A model generated the notes under the pieces. It saw only the letters and a list, made by a program, of their open reading frames with translations, ran no database searches and was not told where the DNA came from. A stretch of 64,000 nt of DNA from an uncultured Verrucomicrobiota bacterium (lineage in GTDB: Bacteria > Verrucomicrobiota > Verrucomicrobiia > Limisphaerales > UBA9464), in assembly GCA_964602595.1 (NCBI GenBank), contig CAZRRO010000003.1, positions 413,438-477,437 on the forward strand, written 5' to 3'. The position numbers were made by a program, and so were the translations under genes. Shown piece by piece: positions 44,226 to 53,411 of this stretch. Each line of letters starts with the position of its first letter. Position 1 is the first letter of the stretch.

Positions 44226-47200
44226 TCACGGCCGGGCCGCCGGGGCGGTTGCTTCAAGTTCCCGCGCCCCGGCGGGGATGGGCGTTTCAGTGACGGCGCC
44301 GCCTGGCCAGCGGACACGGAGCGCCCGGCCGCCCCCGGCCAGCACCGTCACCGGATGATCGACGGAACCCATCCCCGCGGCGGCGTGCAGTTCGCGGACC
44401 GGTCCGGTGCCGGAATCCCGGAGCAGCTGCAACGTGGCCCCGTAGCCGGCGGGGTTGCCGGCCGGGCCGCGCAGGCGGACCCGGAGTCCCGGCGCACCCG
44501 AAACGTTGCGGAACACCCGGGTCGCTGCGCCAACCTGCGTGTCGATCCAGTCGCAGCGCCCGTCCTGGTCGAAGTCGGCCACCGCGCAACCGCGCTGTTC
44601 GCCGTGGACGAGCACGCCCGATTCGGCCGCCGGAAGATTTCGGAAACCGCCCTGTCCATCCCCCAAAAGGACGGCGCCACGGCCCGCGTCGGGACGCGGC
44701 CATTCGGGGCGGAAGGTGTGGAAATTCTGGGCCAGCAGCAGGTCTTCGTGGCCGTCGCCATTCACATCAGCCACGGACACGCCAAAGGCCGGCGCCAGTT
44801 GGGCGTCCAGCGGCAGCGGCCGGGCGAGCCAATGATCACCACGGTTGAGCCATGCCACCGAGGCGAGGATCCGGGCCTCGGCCATCTGCGCCGGACGTGG
44901 GATCGCTCCCAGCACGTCCGCGAGCGACGCCCGGGCGAATTCGGCGTGCGTGGGAAATCTGGCCGCCAACTGAGGAAAGGCGAGGCCCAGCGCCCGTAGT
45001 CCCCGGCGGGGCACGTCCAGCGGCAATTCGGCGGGTCGATAGGCTTCAACGAGGTCAACGCCGCCGGTGCCCGCGAGGTCGCCGAAAAACAGCCGCAACG
45101 GATTCCGGGGAGTCGCCTGGTAGCCGGTGTTTTCTCCCCAGTTACCCGTCACCAGGTCGAGCCGGCCGTCGCCGTCAAAGTCGCCCGAAGTGACGCTGCT
45201 CCACCATCCGGTGAGCGTTGACAGCGGCACGGGCGCCGCCGCGGCCAGGCGCACCGGCGGATCCCAGGGTTCCAGCGCGCCGCGGTGATTGCGAAAGATC
45301 CGCACCGGCCCCCATTCGCTTGCGAGGACGAGCTCCGGAAAACCATCGCACTCCAGATCCGACCACACTGCGCCCTGCACCAAACCCGCGGCCTCCAGGC
45401 CGGCGATGGCCACGGGTTCCGTCAACCGGCCGCCTTGCCCCCGGAACAGTCGGGAAGGGCCCGACTCCGGGTAACGGCCGGGCGTGATCCGCGCACCGAT
45501 GAATAGATCGAGCTGCCCATCCGCGTCGAAATCCGCCGCGGCTAGCGACCCCAGACTGAAGGCGGCCGGCAGCACCTCGGCGCAGGGCGTTACTTCCATC
45601 CGATTGTCCGTCGCCACCGGTCGCAGGCAGACCACGCTGGCCGGGGCCGGAGCGGTTTCGTAATTGCCGACCGACGCGAGCAGCGCGGGTGTCCCGTCCG
45701 GGGCGATCCACGCCGTGAAGGCGGCCACATCGTCGGGCGCTCGCCAATCCGTGGCGACGTTTTCCCAACCGCCGTCCGCGCGCCGCCGGAAGATTCCCGG
45801 CGACTGCCCGCGGGCCGGACCGATCACGAGAAAGGGCCGGGCCGGGTCGGCGGATTCCAGCCAGGCGACCGGTGGTCCCGCGAGGCTGAGCTGGCGATGC
45901 AGCAACGGTTGGCGGGCAAAATCGTCGAAGTATTCCTCCCGCGCGACGTGCCCCACGGCCGCGCTCTCGTCGGTGAACAGCGGCCGGGGCTGGGCGGGAG
46001 CGACTGGGGTCGCGGGCACCGCGTCGCGTTCGTCCACGACATGCAAATGGCCGGCGGCGGCATTGGTCAACCGGGTGACCCGGCCGCTGCGCCACGTCAC
46101 CTCCACCGTGAACGGACCGGGACCGCCCGCCGCGAACGTGCGAGCCGGATCATCGCCCGAAAGGTAGCGCCCGCCGGCGACGATTTCCTGAGTTTGCGCC
46201 ACGGGCCCGCCGGTCACGCGAATCCGCGCATTGAGGCCACGGGGATTGCCGCCCACTCCGCGTGCCCGGACCATGAGGCGGGGCGCGGCGGCCGTGTTCC
46301 GATACAACGCCGGGCTGTCGTTCAGCCGATTGCAGACCAGGTCGAGGTCGCCGTCCCCGTCCAAGTCGGCGAGGGCAGCGCCCTGGAACAGGTTGGTGGC
46401 GGTGAAACCCCAGGCTTCATGGACTTCTTCGAAGCGGAACTCGCCCCGGTTGCGGAAGGCCGATATCGGCGAGGCGAAGGCCGGATACAGGAGCACGTTG
46501 GTCGCCGAGTTGCCGCGGCCGGAACCTTGGATGCGGGCCAGCGTATCGCGGTCCTGCACGTCGTGGATCGCGCCGGCCATCACGAGGATGTCTTCCCAGC
46601 CATCGAGGTCCGCATCGAGGAAGAGCGGATGCCAGGACCAATCCGTGGCGGTCAGCCCGGCGAATTCTGCGATCTCGGACCATGTGCCGTCGCCGTGCCC
46701 GCGGTAGAGCGTATTGCGCGGGACTTCCGGCCGGTAGTCGAACCGGCCCGGCGCGGGTGGTAGAAATCGCACCCCGGTCATGGAACGCAGCCGGCGCTCG
46801 TGGCGCCGCGGCGCCATTTCCACCGTGAAGAAATCCAGGTGACCGTCGTGGTCCAGGTCCCCGAAATCTGCGCCCATCGAGGAGAAGGCGAATTTCCGCA
46901 GGGCGAGCCGTGGGGCGGCGCGAAACCGGCCGTCACCCTGGTTCAACCAGAGCCGGTCCGGCGTCTGGAAATCGTTGCAGGCATACAGGTCGGGCTTCCC
47001 GTCGCCGTCGACGTCGCGGAGCACTGCGCCCAACCCGAAGTCCGGCGGCGCCGACCGGGGGCGGCCCTGCTCGTCGAGGAAGGCTCCGGAGTCCCACGGC
47101 ACCGGCCGGAAGCGGGCGTGGCCGTCGTTGAGGTAAAGCCGGCCCGGCTCGCCGACTTCCTCGATCTGGGCGTTGACCACGCGCAATCGGTCCGAGTTGG

Positions 47201-47909
47201 GCCCCTCGACGATCCAGCGCCCGTTCACCTGCCGGACCTGCGCCCGTCCCGGCCCCGACCGCAGGATGGGAAACGAACCGTGGTTGGCCACGTAAAGATC
47301 CACGGTGCCGTTGCCGTCCACGTCGCCCAGCGCCAGGGATGTGCTGCCGGTCGGCGCGGCGAGACCGCATTCGGCGGTGATGTCCGTGAAACGCGCGCGG
47401 CCCTCGTTGCGCAGGCACCGCGGGCCGCCGCCGAGCGTGGCGACGAGCAGGTCCAGGTCGCCATCGCCGTCCAAATCCTCGAGGACGGCGCCCGTGCTGT
47501 GGGCCCCGGCCAACGCGACGCCCGCGTCGGTCGGGGCCTCGCCAAACACCCAGCTGCCGCGGTTCAGGTAAAGCCGGTTGGTCCCGTCGATGGCGGCGAG
47601 ATAGAGGTCACAACGGCCGTCGCCGTCCACGTCGCCCAGCGCCACGCCGGACCCGTTCATGAAATTCTGGTTCCGGACAATGGCTTCGGGAGTCAGCCGA
47701 TTGGTGAAGCCGATCCCGGCGGCCGCGGCCGGGAGCAATTCGAACGCGGTCCGCCCCGGCTGGGCCGGCAATAGCGGCACCGCCACCGAACCGGCCAGCA
47801 GCGTGCCGGCAAGGGTCACGGCAAACACCCACGGCCAACGGCCACGGCGGCCGGAAGCCCCACGGGAGCTCAGGGGATAGGACGGTCCAATGTGACGCGG
47901 CACGGGCAT
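44226..47909 (-). CDS. Secreted FG-GAP/VCBS-repeat protein with two ASPIC/UnbV-like modules (CRTAC1-like)
   Basis: ATG 47909 (MPVPRHIG...WPWVFAVTLAGTLLAGSVA signal/anchor). Many D.DGDG..D.. motifs (DVDGDGRCDLY, DLDGDGDLDLL, DVDGNGTVDLY, DVDGDGKPDLY, DLDHDGHLDFF, DADLDGWEDIL, DLDGDGDLDLV ...). Two UnbV/ASPIC-like segments (GGRYLSGDDP...VTWRSGRV and GMGSVDHP...VRWPGGAV). Upstream ORF codons 1-148 rejected. Confidence 0.8.
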   Translation of the reverse strand: MPVPRHIGPSYPLSSRGASGRRGRWPWVFAVTLAGTLLAGSVAVPLLPAQPGRTAFELLPAAAAGIGFTNRLTPEAIVRNQNFMNGSGVALGDVDGDGRCDLYLAAIDGTNRLYLNRGSWVFGEAPTDAGVALAGAHSTGAVLEDLDGDGDLDLLVATLGGGPRCLRNEGRARFTDITAECGLAAPTGSTSLALGDVDGNGTVDLYVANHGSFPILRSGPGRAQVRQVNGRWIVEGPNSDRLRVVNAQIEEVGEPGRLYLNDGHARFRPVPWDSGAFLDEQGRPRSAPPDFGLGAVLRDVDGDGKPDLYACNDFQTPDRLWLNQGDGRFRAAPRLALRKFAFSSMGADFGDLDHDGHLDFFTVEMAPRRHERRLRSMTGVRFLPPAPGRFDYRPEVPRNTLYRGHGDGTWSEIAEFAGLTATDWSWHPLFLDADLDGWEDILVMAGAIHDVQDRDTLARIQGSGRGNSATNVLLYPAFASPISAFRNRGEFRFEEVHEAWGFTATNLFQGAALADLDGDGDLDLVCNRLNDSPALYRNTAAAPRLMVRARGVGGNPRGLNARIRVTGGPVAQTQEIVAGGRYLSGDDPARTFAAGGPGPFTVEVTWRSGRVTRLTNAAAGHLHVVDERDAVPATPVAPAQPRPLFTDESAAVGHVAREEYFDDFARQPLLHRQLSLAGPPVAWLESADPARPFLVIGPARGQSPGIFRRRADGGWENVATDWRAPDDVAAFTAWIAPDGTPALLASVGNYETAPAPASVVCLRPVATDNRMEVTPCAEVLPAAFSLGSLAAADFDADGQLDLFIGARITPGRYPESGPSRLFRGQGGRLTEPVAIAGLEAAGLVQGAVWSDLECDGFPELVLASEWGPVRIFRNHRGALEPWDPPVRLAAAAPVPLSTLTGWWSSVTSGDFDGDGRLDLVTGNWGENTGYQATPRNPLRLFFGDLAGTGGVDLVEAYRPAELPLDVPRRGLRALGLAFPQLAARFPTHAEFARASLADVLGAIPRPAQMAEARILASVAWLNRGDHWLARPLPLDAQLAPAFGVSVADVNGDGHEDLLLAQNFHTFRPEWPRPDAGRGAVLLGDGQGGFRNLPAAESGVLVHGEQRGCAVADFDQDGRCDWIDTQVGAATRVFRNVSGAPGLRVRLRGPAGNPAGYGATLQLLRDSGTGPVRELHAAAGMGSVDHPVTVLAGGGRALRVRWPGGAVTETPIPAGARELEATAPAARP

Positions 47910-48250
47910 CAGGGCAGGGGGACCGGCCGAGCCTGCCCAACCGGAAGGTGGCGCGTGAAGCGCAATGGCATACACCGTGGCGGGGCCCGCTTGACAGGCC
48001 GTGGGGCCGGCGGTGGCGAACCCATTTCTCCGCTGGCCGACGGTCTGCCTCACCCGCTTGTGGCGGTTTCTGCCGACGATCGCTGCGTTGGCCTTTCTGG
48101 CGCCAGCTTCGGAATCGTGGAGCCAACCTTGGATTAATCCCCGCAACGAGGGGAGGTCCCTGCCCGAGAGGAAGGCAAAGGTGTTGTTGAGCTCGGCGGG
48201 TTGTCGGAAGACAGGAAGAGAACCCAGGCACAGTCGCCGGCGTCTGGGCG

Positions 48251-49120
48251 GTGCGCTTGACCGAGAAAACACTCCAGCGTCACTTTGGCGGCGAACTCTC
48301 CGAATTGATGGATGTCGGAACACTCTCCGCCAAACTGCAAGCTGCCGGCGCACTGTTGTTCGTGGTTGCAGTTCTCGGCACGTTTGCGGTGATCCTCGTT
48401 ACGATCATTCGAAGGGCAAACAAGGGGCAACTGAACGCCCCCAAGCCGCCGGAAGACGCCGTGTTCGTCGAGAAGTGGGCATCCGGTCGGAATCTCGGCA
48501 GTTGGCGCCAAAGCATGGGCGGGGCCCGCAAGTGCCTCTTCGTCGCCCTCACGAAGGATCGCCTTATCACCGCGCTCCAACCTCCGTTCAATCTGTTTTC
48601 GCGCTCCGACCTAGAGCACGACATTCCCCTCGGCAACGTGATGGGGCTGACGGCGGCAATCGATTCCTGGCGCGGGCCATCGGTGCGCTTGCGGTTTCGG
48701 GACCCGCACGGAAGCGGGCAGGAGATTGAGCTGTTGCTCGACGACCAGCAGCGCTTCTTGGACGCATGGCGTTCCCTTGAGGCGGCAAAGTCGGCCATCG
48801 CACCGCCTACGCTGAGTGATGCCAAACGTGAAGCGGTCGCCATGCTACCCCTTCCGAAGGCGCTGCGCCGCTACTGGCTGACGCTCGCGGGCGTGTGCCT
48901 TTTCCCAACATTCGGGTTTGTCGGGTTTGAGCTCTTTGGAATCAGGGCCGGATGGGCGGTGGTTCCGCTCTTCTTCGTCACTTTTCTTTTGGCCCTGAAG
49001 CCGGTCGGAGCTCGCCGCGCTCCAATGACGTTCTGGTTGGTTGTCGTCGGATTGTGGGTCGCGGGCGGCTTTCCCGCGATGATTCTCGTGCAAATCATCA
49101 AATGGATTCGCCATTTCTGA
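48251..49120 (+). CDS. Membrane protein of unknown function (TM, soluble beta-rich module, 3-4 TM)
   Basis: GTG 48251 or ATG 48308. TM helix ALLFVVAVLGTFAVILVTII, then a ~130-aa soluble segment, then WLTLAGVCLFPTFGFVGFELF, WAVVPLFFVTFLLAL and FWLVVVGLWVAGGFPAMILV. Lower GC than neighbours. Confidence 0.5.
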   Translation: MRLTEKTLQRHFGGELSELMDVGTLSAKLQAAGALLFVVAVLGTFAVILVTIIRRANKGQLNAPKPPEDAVFVEKWASGRNLGSWRQSMGGARKCLFVALTKDRLITALQPPFNLFSRSDLEHDIPLGNVMGLTAAIDSWRGPSVRLRFRDPHGSGQEIELLLDDQQRFLDAWRSLEAAKSAIAPPTLSDAKREAVAMLPLPKALRRYWLTLAGVCLFPTFGFVGFELFGIRAGWAVVPLFFVTFLLALKPVGARRAPMTFWLVVVGLWVAGGFPAMILVQIIKWIRHF

Positions 49121-49134
49121 TTCCCCGAACCAAA

Positions 49135-51312
49135 TCAATAGCGCAGCAGGAGCACGTCGTGGATGTCGTTGACCGTGACTACCACACGTTTGCCCTTCCG
49201 TTTGAGCGTGGTGGACGGGTTCACCGCCGTCGCGCGCCTGATTGGTTCGCAGGCGGTGACCGTCACCCGATACAGCGGGGCGTCCTCAATGGGCACGGGC
49301 AGGACGTAGGGACGTTCCTTGGCGGGCGTGGTCTGCGGCGGGGCATTGTAGCCGAGCAGGTGGATGCGGAGGGTGCGGGTGGCGGGATCATCGGTCACGA
49401 CGGACTGGACGGTGGTCGGGGCGTCGATGTGCACCCGGGGGGCGGGGTTCAGGAACCGGACGGCGTGGGCGAGAAGTTGGCGCGTCTCGGCAAGGTGATG
49501 GTCACTGGCGGTGGCCCAGTCGGGCGAACCGGCGAACGTGAGCACTGATCCCTTGCCGACCTCGTTGAGCAGGAGTGCCGGACCCGCCGGAACGTCGGCG
49601 CTCAGCGGCCAGTCCGGGTTGTAGCGGTTCTGCGCGTGCAGGGAGGTGCGGTGGGGTTTGAGCAGTTCACCGACGGGTTTTGCGGTGGTCGGTTCATAGA
49701 CCACCGCCGGGCCGCGCACGAGGAAGGGCCAGTCCGCGCGGACGGCGCCGGTAAGCGGGGCGGCCTCCCCGGGGGAATTTGACGCGCTGAAACGCACCCA
49801 GTTGTCCGTCGAATCCAGTTCCCGGACGAACTTTGCCCCGACCAACTCCGCCAGTGACGACTTGGCCTGTGCTTCACCGCGCCAACCGCGGGTGCCGCCG
49901 AGGCCCGTCACGATCAGCTTGCCGCCACCCTCGACATAACTGCGGAACAGCGTGAGCTCCTGGTCGGAGACGACTGCCACGTTCGGCAGCAACAGGACGG
50001 GGAATTGCTTCAGGGTCTCGGCCGTCGCGTTCTCATCGAGCACCACGCCCCAGGGAATGTGCGCGTATTCCATGGCCTTGTGGGCGCCCTGGAAGGACTG
50101 GAATACCTCCGCCGGCTTGTCGCGGCCGAGCCAGTCGCGGGTGCGGCTGCTGTAGTAAATGCCCACCTCGTAAACCGGCGTGTGCCCGAAGTGGGCGCGC
50201 TTGGCATGGACTTCCTTGAAGGCCGCCCCGAACCGTTCGTAGGCCACGGGATCGAGCCAGCCGTCGAAGCCGGTCTTGTCCACGAGGGTCACGAAGCCGC
50301 CGTGGCTGAGCAGCGTGAACAGTTCCCAGCGCAGGTCGCTGAGTGGGCGCGTAGTCTGGTCGTGATACATGCGCACGCCGCGCTGCATGGCGATCTGGAA
50401 CGGCAGCCCGGGGGTGGCGGCCTTGTAGAACTCGGCGTTCAGCCCGACGGTCAACGCGCTGAAGCCCCACACTCCCGTCTCGCCGGTGACGAAGTCGCCG
50501 TTGCCCGCGTATTGCACGGGGCGCTGGCCCACTTCCCAGGAAAACGGCGGGGTGCCGTGGTAGTTGTAGTCCACCGTGGCGCGCGGATTCACCTTCCGGA
50601 TGTGCGCAGTGAGTTCCTGCTCGAAGCGCTCGCTGCTGGCGTAGCGAAACGCCAGCATCCGGTCCCAGCCCTCGTCCCACGTCACACCCTTCGGCATCGG
50701 CTGGCCGTGCTGCGCGTTGAACTCTTTCTGGCACGTCGCGCACCAGCAGCCATGAGGCGGGCCGAACCCCTGGTCCACCATGTCGAGGTGGAAACCGGCG
50801 ATGCCGTAGGCGAGCTGCTCCTCGACCATCTGCTTCAGGTAGCCGAGATAGCCGGAGCGATAACAGACGCGGCCGTCGATCGGCTTGCCGTCCGGGTCCA
50901 CCATGCGCCAGTCGGGATGCTCGCGCAGGGCGTGAGCGGGATATTGCACCTGGCAGTAGGCGATGATCGGCAGGCCGAGCTTGCGCCCTTCCTCAACTGC
51001 CTCGCGCAGGACGTCACGGTCACCGAGTCCCGGTGGCTTCGGTTGCAACTTCGAATCGTAAAACGCCCAGTCGCCTTCCCGTGTCCAGATGACGAGATAC
51101 TCCGCGCCGCAGTCCTTGGTGGCCCGGGCGATGTCGCGTCCGTTGAAGCGGATGGCAAAGCCAGCGTCATTGGTCGAACCGCCGAACTGCGAACCCGTCG
51201 GGCCGACTTCCAGACCGACCAGTGATCGCTGGAACCACGGTCGGTCGGCCGCGGTCAGGGCGCCGGCGAGGGCAAGGGTGAGAAAGCCGGTGAGCGGTCG
51301 GGACAGTTTCAT
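49135..51312 (-). CDS. Secreted glycoside-hydrolase-like protein (GH42-like TIM barrel with GATase1-like middle domain)
   Basis: Signal MKLSRPLTGFLTLALAGALTAA. Cys cluster GCWCATCQKEF resembles the GH42 C.C..C motif. VGIYYS...IPWGVVLDE....LKQFPVLLLPNVAVVSDQE...FRSYVEGGGKLIVTG resembles the beta-galactosidase trimerisation (class-I GATase-like) domain. Family assignment is tentative. Confidence 0.6.
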   Translation of the reverse strand: MKLSRPLTGFLTLALAGALTAADRPWFQRSLVGLEVGPTGSQFGGSTNDAGFAIRFNGRDIARATKDCGAEYLVIWTREGDWAFYDSKLQPKPPGLGDRDVLREAVEEGRKLGLPIIAYCQVQYPAHALREHPDWRMVDPDGKPIDGRVCYRSGYLGYLKQMVEEQLAYGIAGFHLDMVDQGFGPPHGCWCATCQKEFNAQHGQPMPKGVTWDEGWDRMLAFRYASSERFEQELTAHIRKVNPRATVDYNYHGTPPFSWEVGQRPVQYAGNGDFVTGETGVWGFSALTVGLNAEFYKAATPGLPFQIAMQRGVRMYHDQTTRPLSDLRWELFTLLSHGGFVTLVDKTGFDGWLDPVAYERFGAAFKEVHAKRAHFGHTPVYEVGIYYSSRTRDWLGRDKPAEVFQSFQGAHKAMEYAHIPWGVVLDENATAETLKQFPVLLLPNVAVVSDQELTLFRSYVEGGGKLIVTGLGGTRGWRGEAQAKSSLAELVGAKFVRELDSTDNWVRFSASNSPGEAAPLTGAVRADWPFLVRGPAVVYEPTTAKPVGELLKPHRTSLHAQNRYNPDWPLSADVPAGPALLLNEVGKGSVLTFAGSPDWATASDHHLAETRQLLAHAVRFLNPAPRVHIDAPTTVQSVVTDDPATRTLRIHLLGYNAPPQTTPAKERPYVLPVPIEDAPLYRVTVTACEPIRRATAVNPSTTLKRKGKRVVVTVNDIHDVLLLRY

Positions 51313-51394
51313 GCGCAGTCAGAATCGGGGTGCGGTGGCGCATTCTCAGGGTTTGGTCGGGGTTCAGGCAAGCGACGCCCGCCGAGCCGGCCAA

Positions 51395-53296
51395 TCAGCG
51401 GCGCAGGGCTTCTAGTGCCGTCCGGTCGATCGGATTGGCTTCCTCCTTCGCGAGCGCCGCCATGCGTCGTTGTAGGATTCCGGCCCGGACTCCCGGTGTC
51501 GACGTGGCGACGTAGATCGCATCGCGGCTGCGTGTGTCCTCGAGGGCGACACCCTCGGCGGTGGCGGACCACTTCACTTCGGTGATCCCATCGGCATCGA
51601 CGCGGAAGACCTCCTTGGGCGAGCGCAGCCAGGCCGGCAGGGCAAAGGTGAAGTTCGCCCGGCGCGGCGGTCCGAACTGGAACACGTTTTCCTTCGCGTC
51701 GGCGACATAGGCCGTGTCGAGGGCGAACAGCAGCGCGGCTTCCGGGGCGGCGATGGAGGCCAGGTCCCAGTCGGGCTGCCCTCCGCGGCGGCGGCGTTCG
51801 GATCGGTAGGCGTCGCCTTCGAGGAAGAACGGTTCGAGCATTCGGATCTCCCGGCCGATCCGCGTCATCGGTTCCCAAGTGTCGGGAAAAATCAGCAGGG
51901 ACTTAAGGCTGAGGTTGAACCAGTAGAGGGAGGTGATCCGTGTGGACAGCGCGTGCAGGGCTTGGGCGCGGAGTTCATCCGGCGTCGGCGAACGTCGGGA
52001 GCGTCCGTCCCAGCCGCCACCCCAGCCCTCGTGCGGTCCCTGCGACCAGTAGGCGCAGGGCATCGGCCGGTTGAGTTCGCGCAGCGAGCGGCACATGTCG
52101 CCAATCGTCTCCAAGGGCGCGCCCCAGCGGATTTTCCGGCCGCCCCAGCGGTCATACTGGTTCCAGGCGTCCGGCGAGGGGGCGACCACCCGGTAGGCGT
52201 CGTAGTGCGGGAAGTCGGACAGCCCGGCATACCAGCGCCAGATGCGTTCCTCGCTGTGCGTGACCGTCGTCGCGAGGCGGCTGGTGCGATAGAGAAGCAG
52301 CTGGTCGAAGACCTCCTGCGGCGGCACTGGCCGGCCACCGCCGTATTGCGGTTCGCCGAGGAATTCGACGGCGTGGATCTTCGGAAGCCAGGCGTCGGTG
52401 TCGAACTTCGCGACCGGGTCCAGCTTGTTGAACAGCTTGAGCGGCCAGCGTTCGTAGAGCGCCGGATTGTCCGTGTAGCCGCCGACCTCGCCGATGTGGC
52501 CGGCGTTGACGTGAAGGTGGGTGAGGAGCTGGAGATATGCCGCATTGGCCAACTGCGTCCCGACCCAGCCGCCGCTGATGTCAAACGCCTCGCACTTGAT
52601 CCGCAGATGCGCCCACAGCGGCCCGGCACTGGTGGTCAGCTCCAGCGCGGCGTGGGTCAGGGGCAGCCGCGGGCCACGGATCCTGATGAAGCCCTTGTCC
52701 TCCGCGGGCACACTCGCCGACACCGCCAGTGGCGCCTGCGGCCAGAGCACCGGCCACGAACTGCCGTCCTTCGGCAGCCAGAGGCGCAGCGCGGACAGCT
52801 TCAGCTCCTTCCGGGATTCGTTGGCCACGTGAAGCACGACGGTCTCCGGCCGCACCGCGGCGTCATCCGCCAGGAAGGTGGCGGCGGAAATCCACGCCGA
52901 AGGTGACGCGATGGACATGTTGGTCTGCCCAAGACCTTCCGCCTCCAGCTCAAACCGGTTGCCCACACCCCAGCGAGACGACTTGCCGTTGAACTCCCAG
53001 ACCGTCAACGCACCGGCCGGCGCGGGGACTGCGGTGCCGAGATTGTGCCAAGCCCAGTCGCCGTTGGTCAGTAGTTCCGCGGGCGTCCGGCCGCCGAAGC
53101 GGAGCGGGGCCGCCGGTCCCTGGATGAAGAGTTGCACCCGGGCGGCGAGGTTGGTCTCGCGCGGTCGCCGGTAGCGCATCGAGGCCTCAATCGTATGCGG
53201 GATGACCGAGGTGCCGACGAGTTCGGCCGCCGCGGCGGAAAGCCGTAGGGCGAGGCAGGCCAGCAACCATGCGCGGGCAGGGAGCGGGAGATGCAT
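51395..53296 (-). CDS. Secreted protein of unknown function
   Basis: ATG 53296 gives signal MHLPLPARAWLLACLALRLSAAAAE. 633 aa with good GC3 codon usage and no motif I can name. The upstream 39 codons of the 672-aa ORF were rejected. Confidence 0.55.
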   Translation of the reverse strand: MHLPLPARAWLLACLALRLSAAAAELVGTSVIPHTIEASMRYRRPRETNLAARVQLFIQGPAAPLRFGGRTPAELLTNGDWAWHNLGTAVPAPAGALTVWEFNGKSSRWGVGNRFELEAEGLGQTNMSIASPSAWISAATFLADDAAVRPETVVLHVANESRKELKLSALRLWLPKDGSSWPVLWPQAPLAVSASVPAEDKGFIRIRGPRLPLTHAALELTTSAGPLWAHLRIKCEAFDISGGWVGTQLANAAYLQLLTHLHVNAGHIGEVGGYTDNPALYERWPLKLFNKLDPVAKFDTDAWLPKIHAVEFLGEPQYGGGRPVPPQEVFDQLLLYRTSRLATTVTHSEERIWRWYAGLSDFPHYDAYRVVAPSPDAWNQYDRWGGRKIRWGAPLETIGDMCRSLRELNRPMPCAYWSQGPHEGWGGGWDGRSRRSPTPDELRAQALHALSTRITSLYWFNLSLKSLLIFPDTWEPMTRIGREIRMLEPFFLEGDAYRSERRRRGGQPDWDLASIAAPEAALLFALDTAYVADAKENVFQFGPPRRANFTFALPAWLRSPKEVFRVDADGITEVKWSATAEGVALEDTRSRDAIYVATSTPGVRAGILQRRMAALAKEEANPIDRTALEALRR

Positions 53297-53411
53297 GAGC
53301 CAATTCTGGCGGCCCGTTCCCGTGAGTCGAGCCGAGTCGTTGGGATCGGGCCGCACCGATCGCCGCGGCCGGATTGACACTTGATCCGGTGTATGGCGAG
53401 AGTCACACACC

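Noticed and set aside
47910-48353. 148-codon N-terminal extension of the ASPIC/FG-GAP ORF
   Set aside because: It has an R/G/A-rich, non-hydrophobic composition. A signal/anchor sequence begins only after the ATG at 47909, and the extension overlaps the divergent gene starting at 48251.
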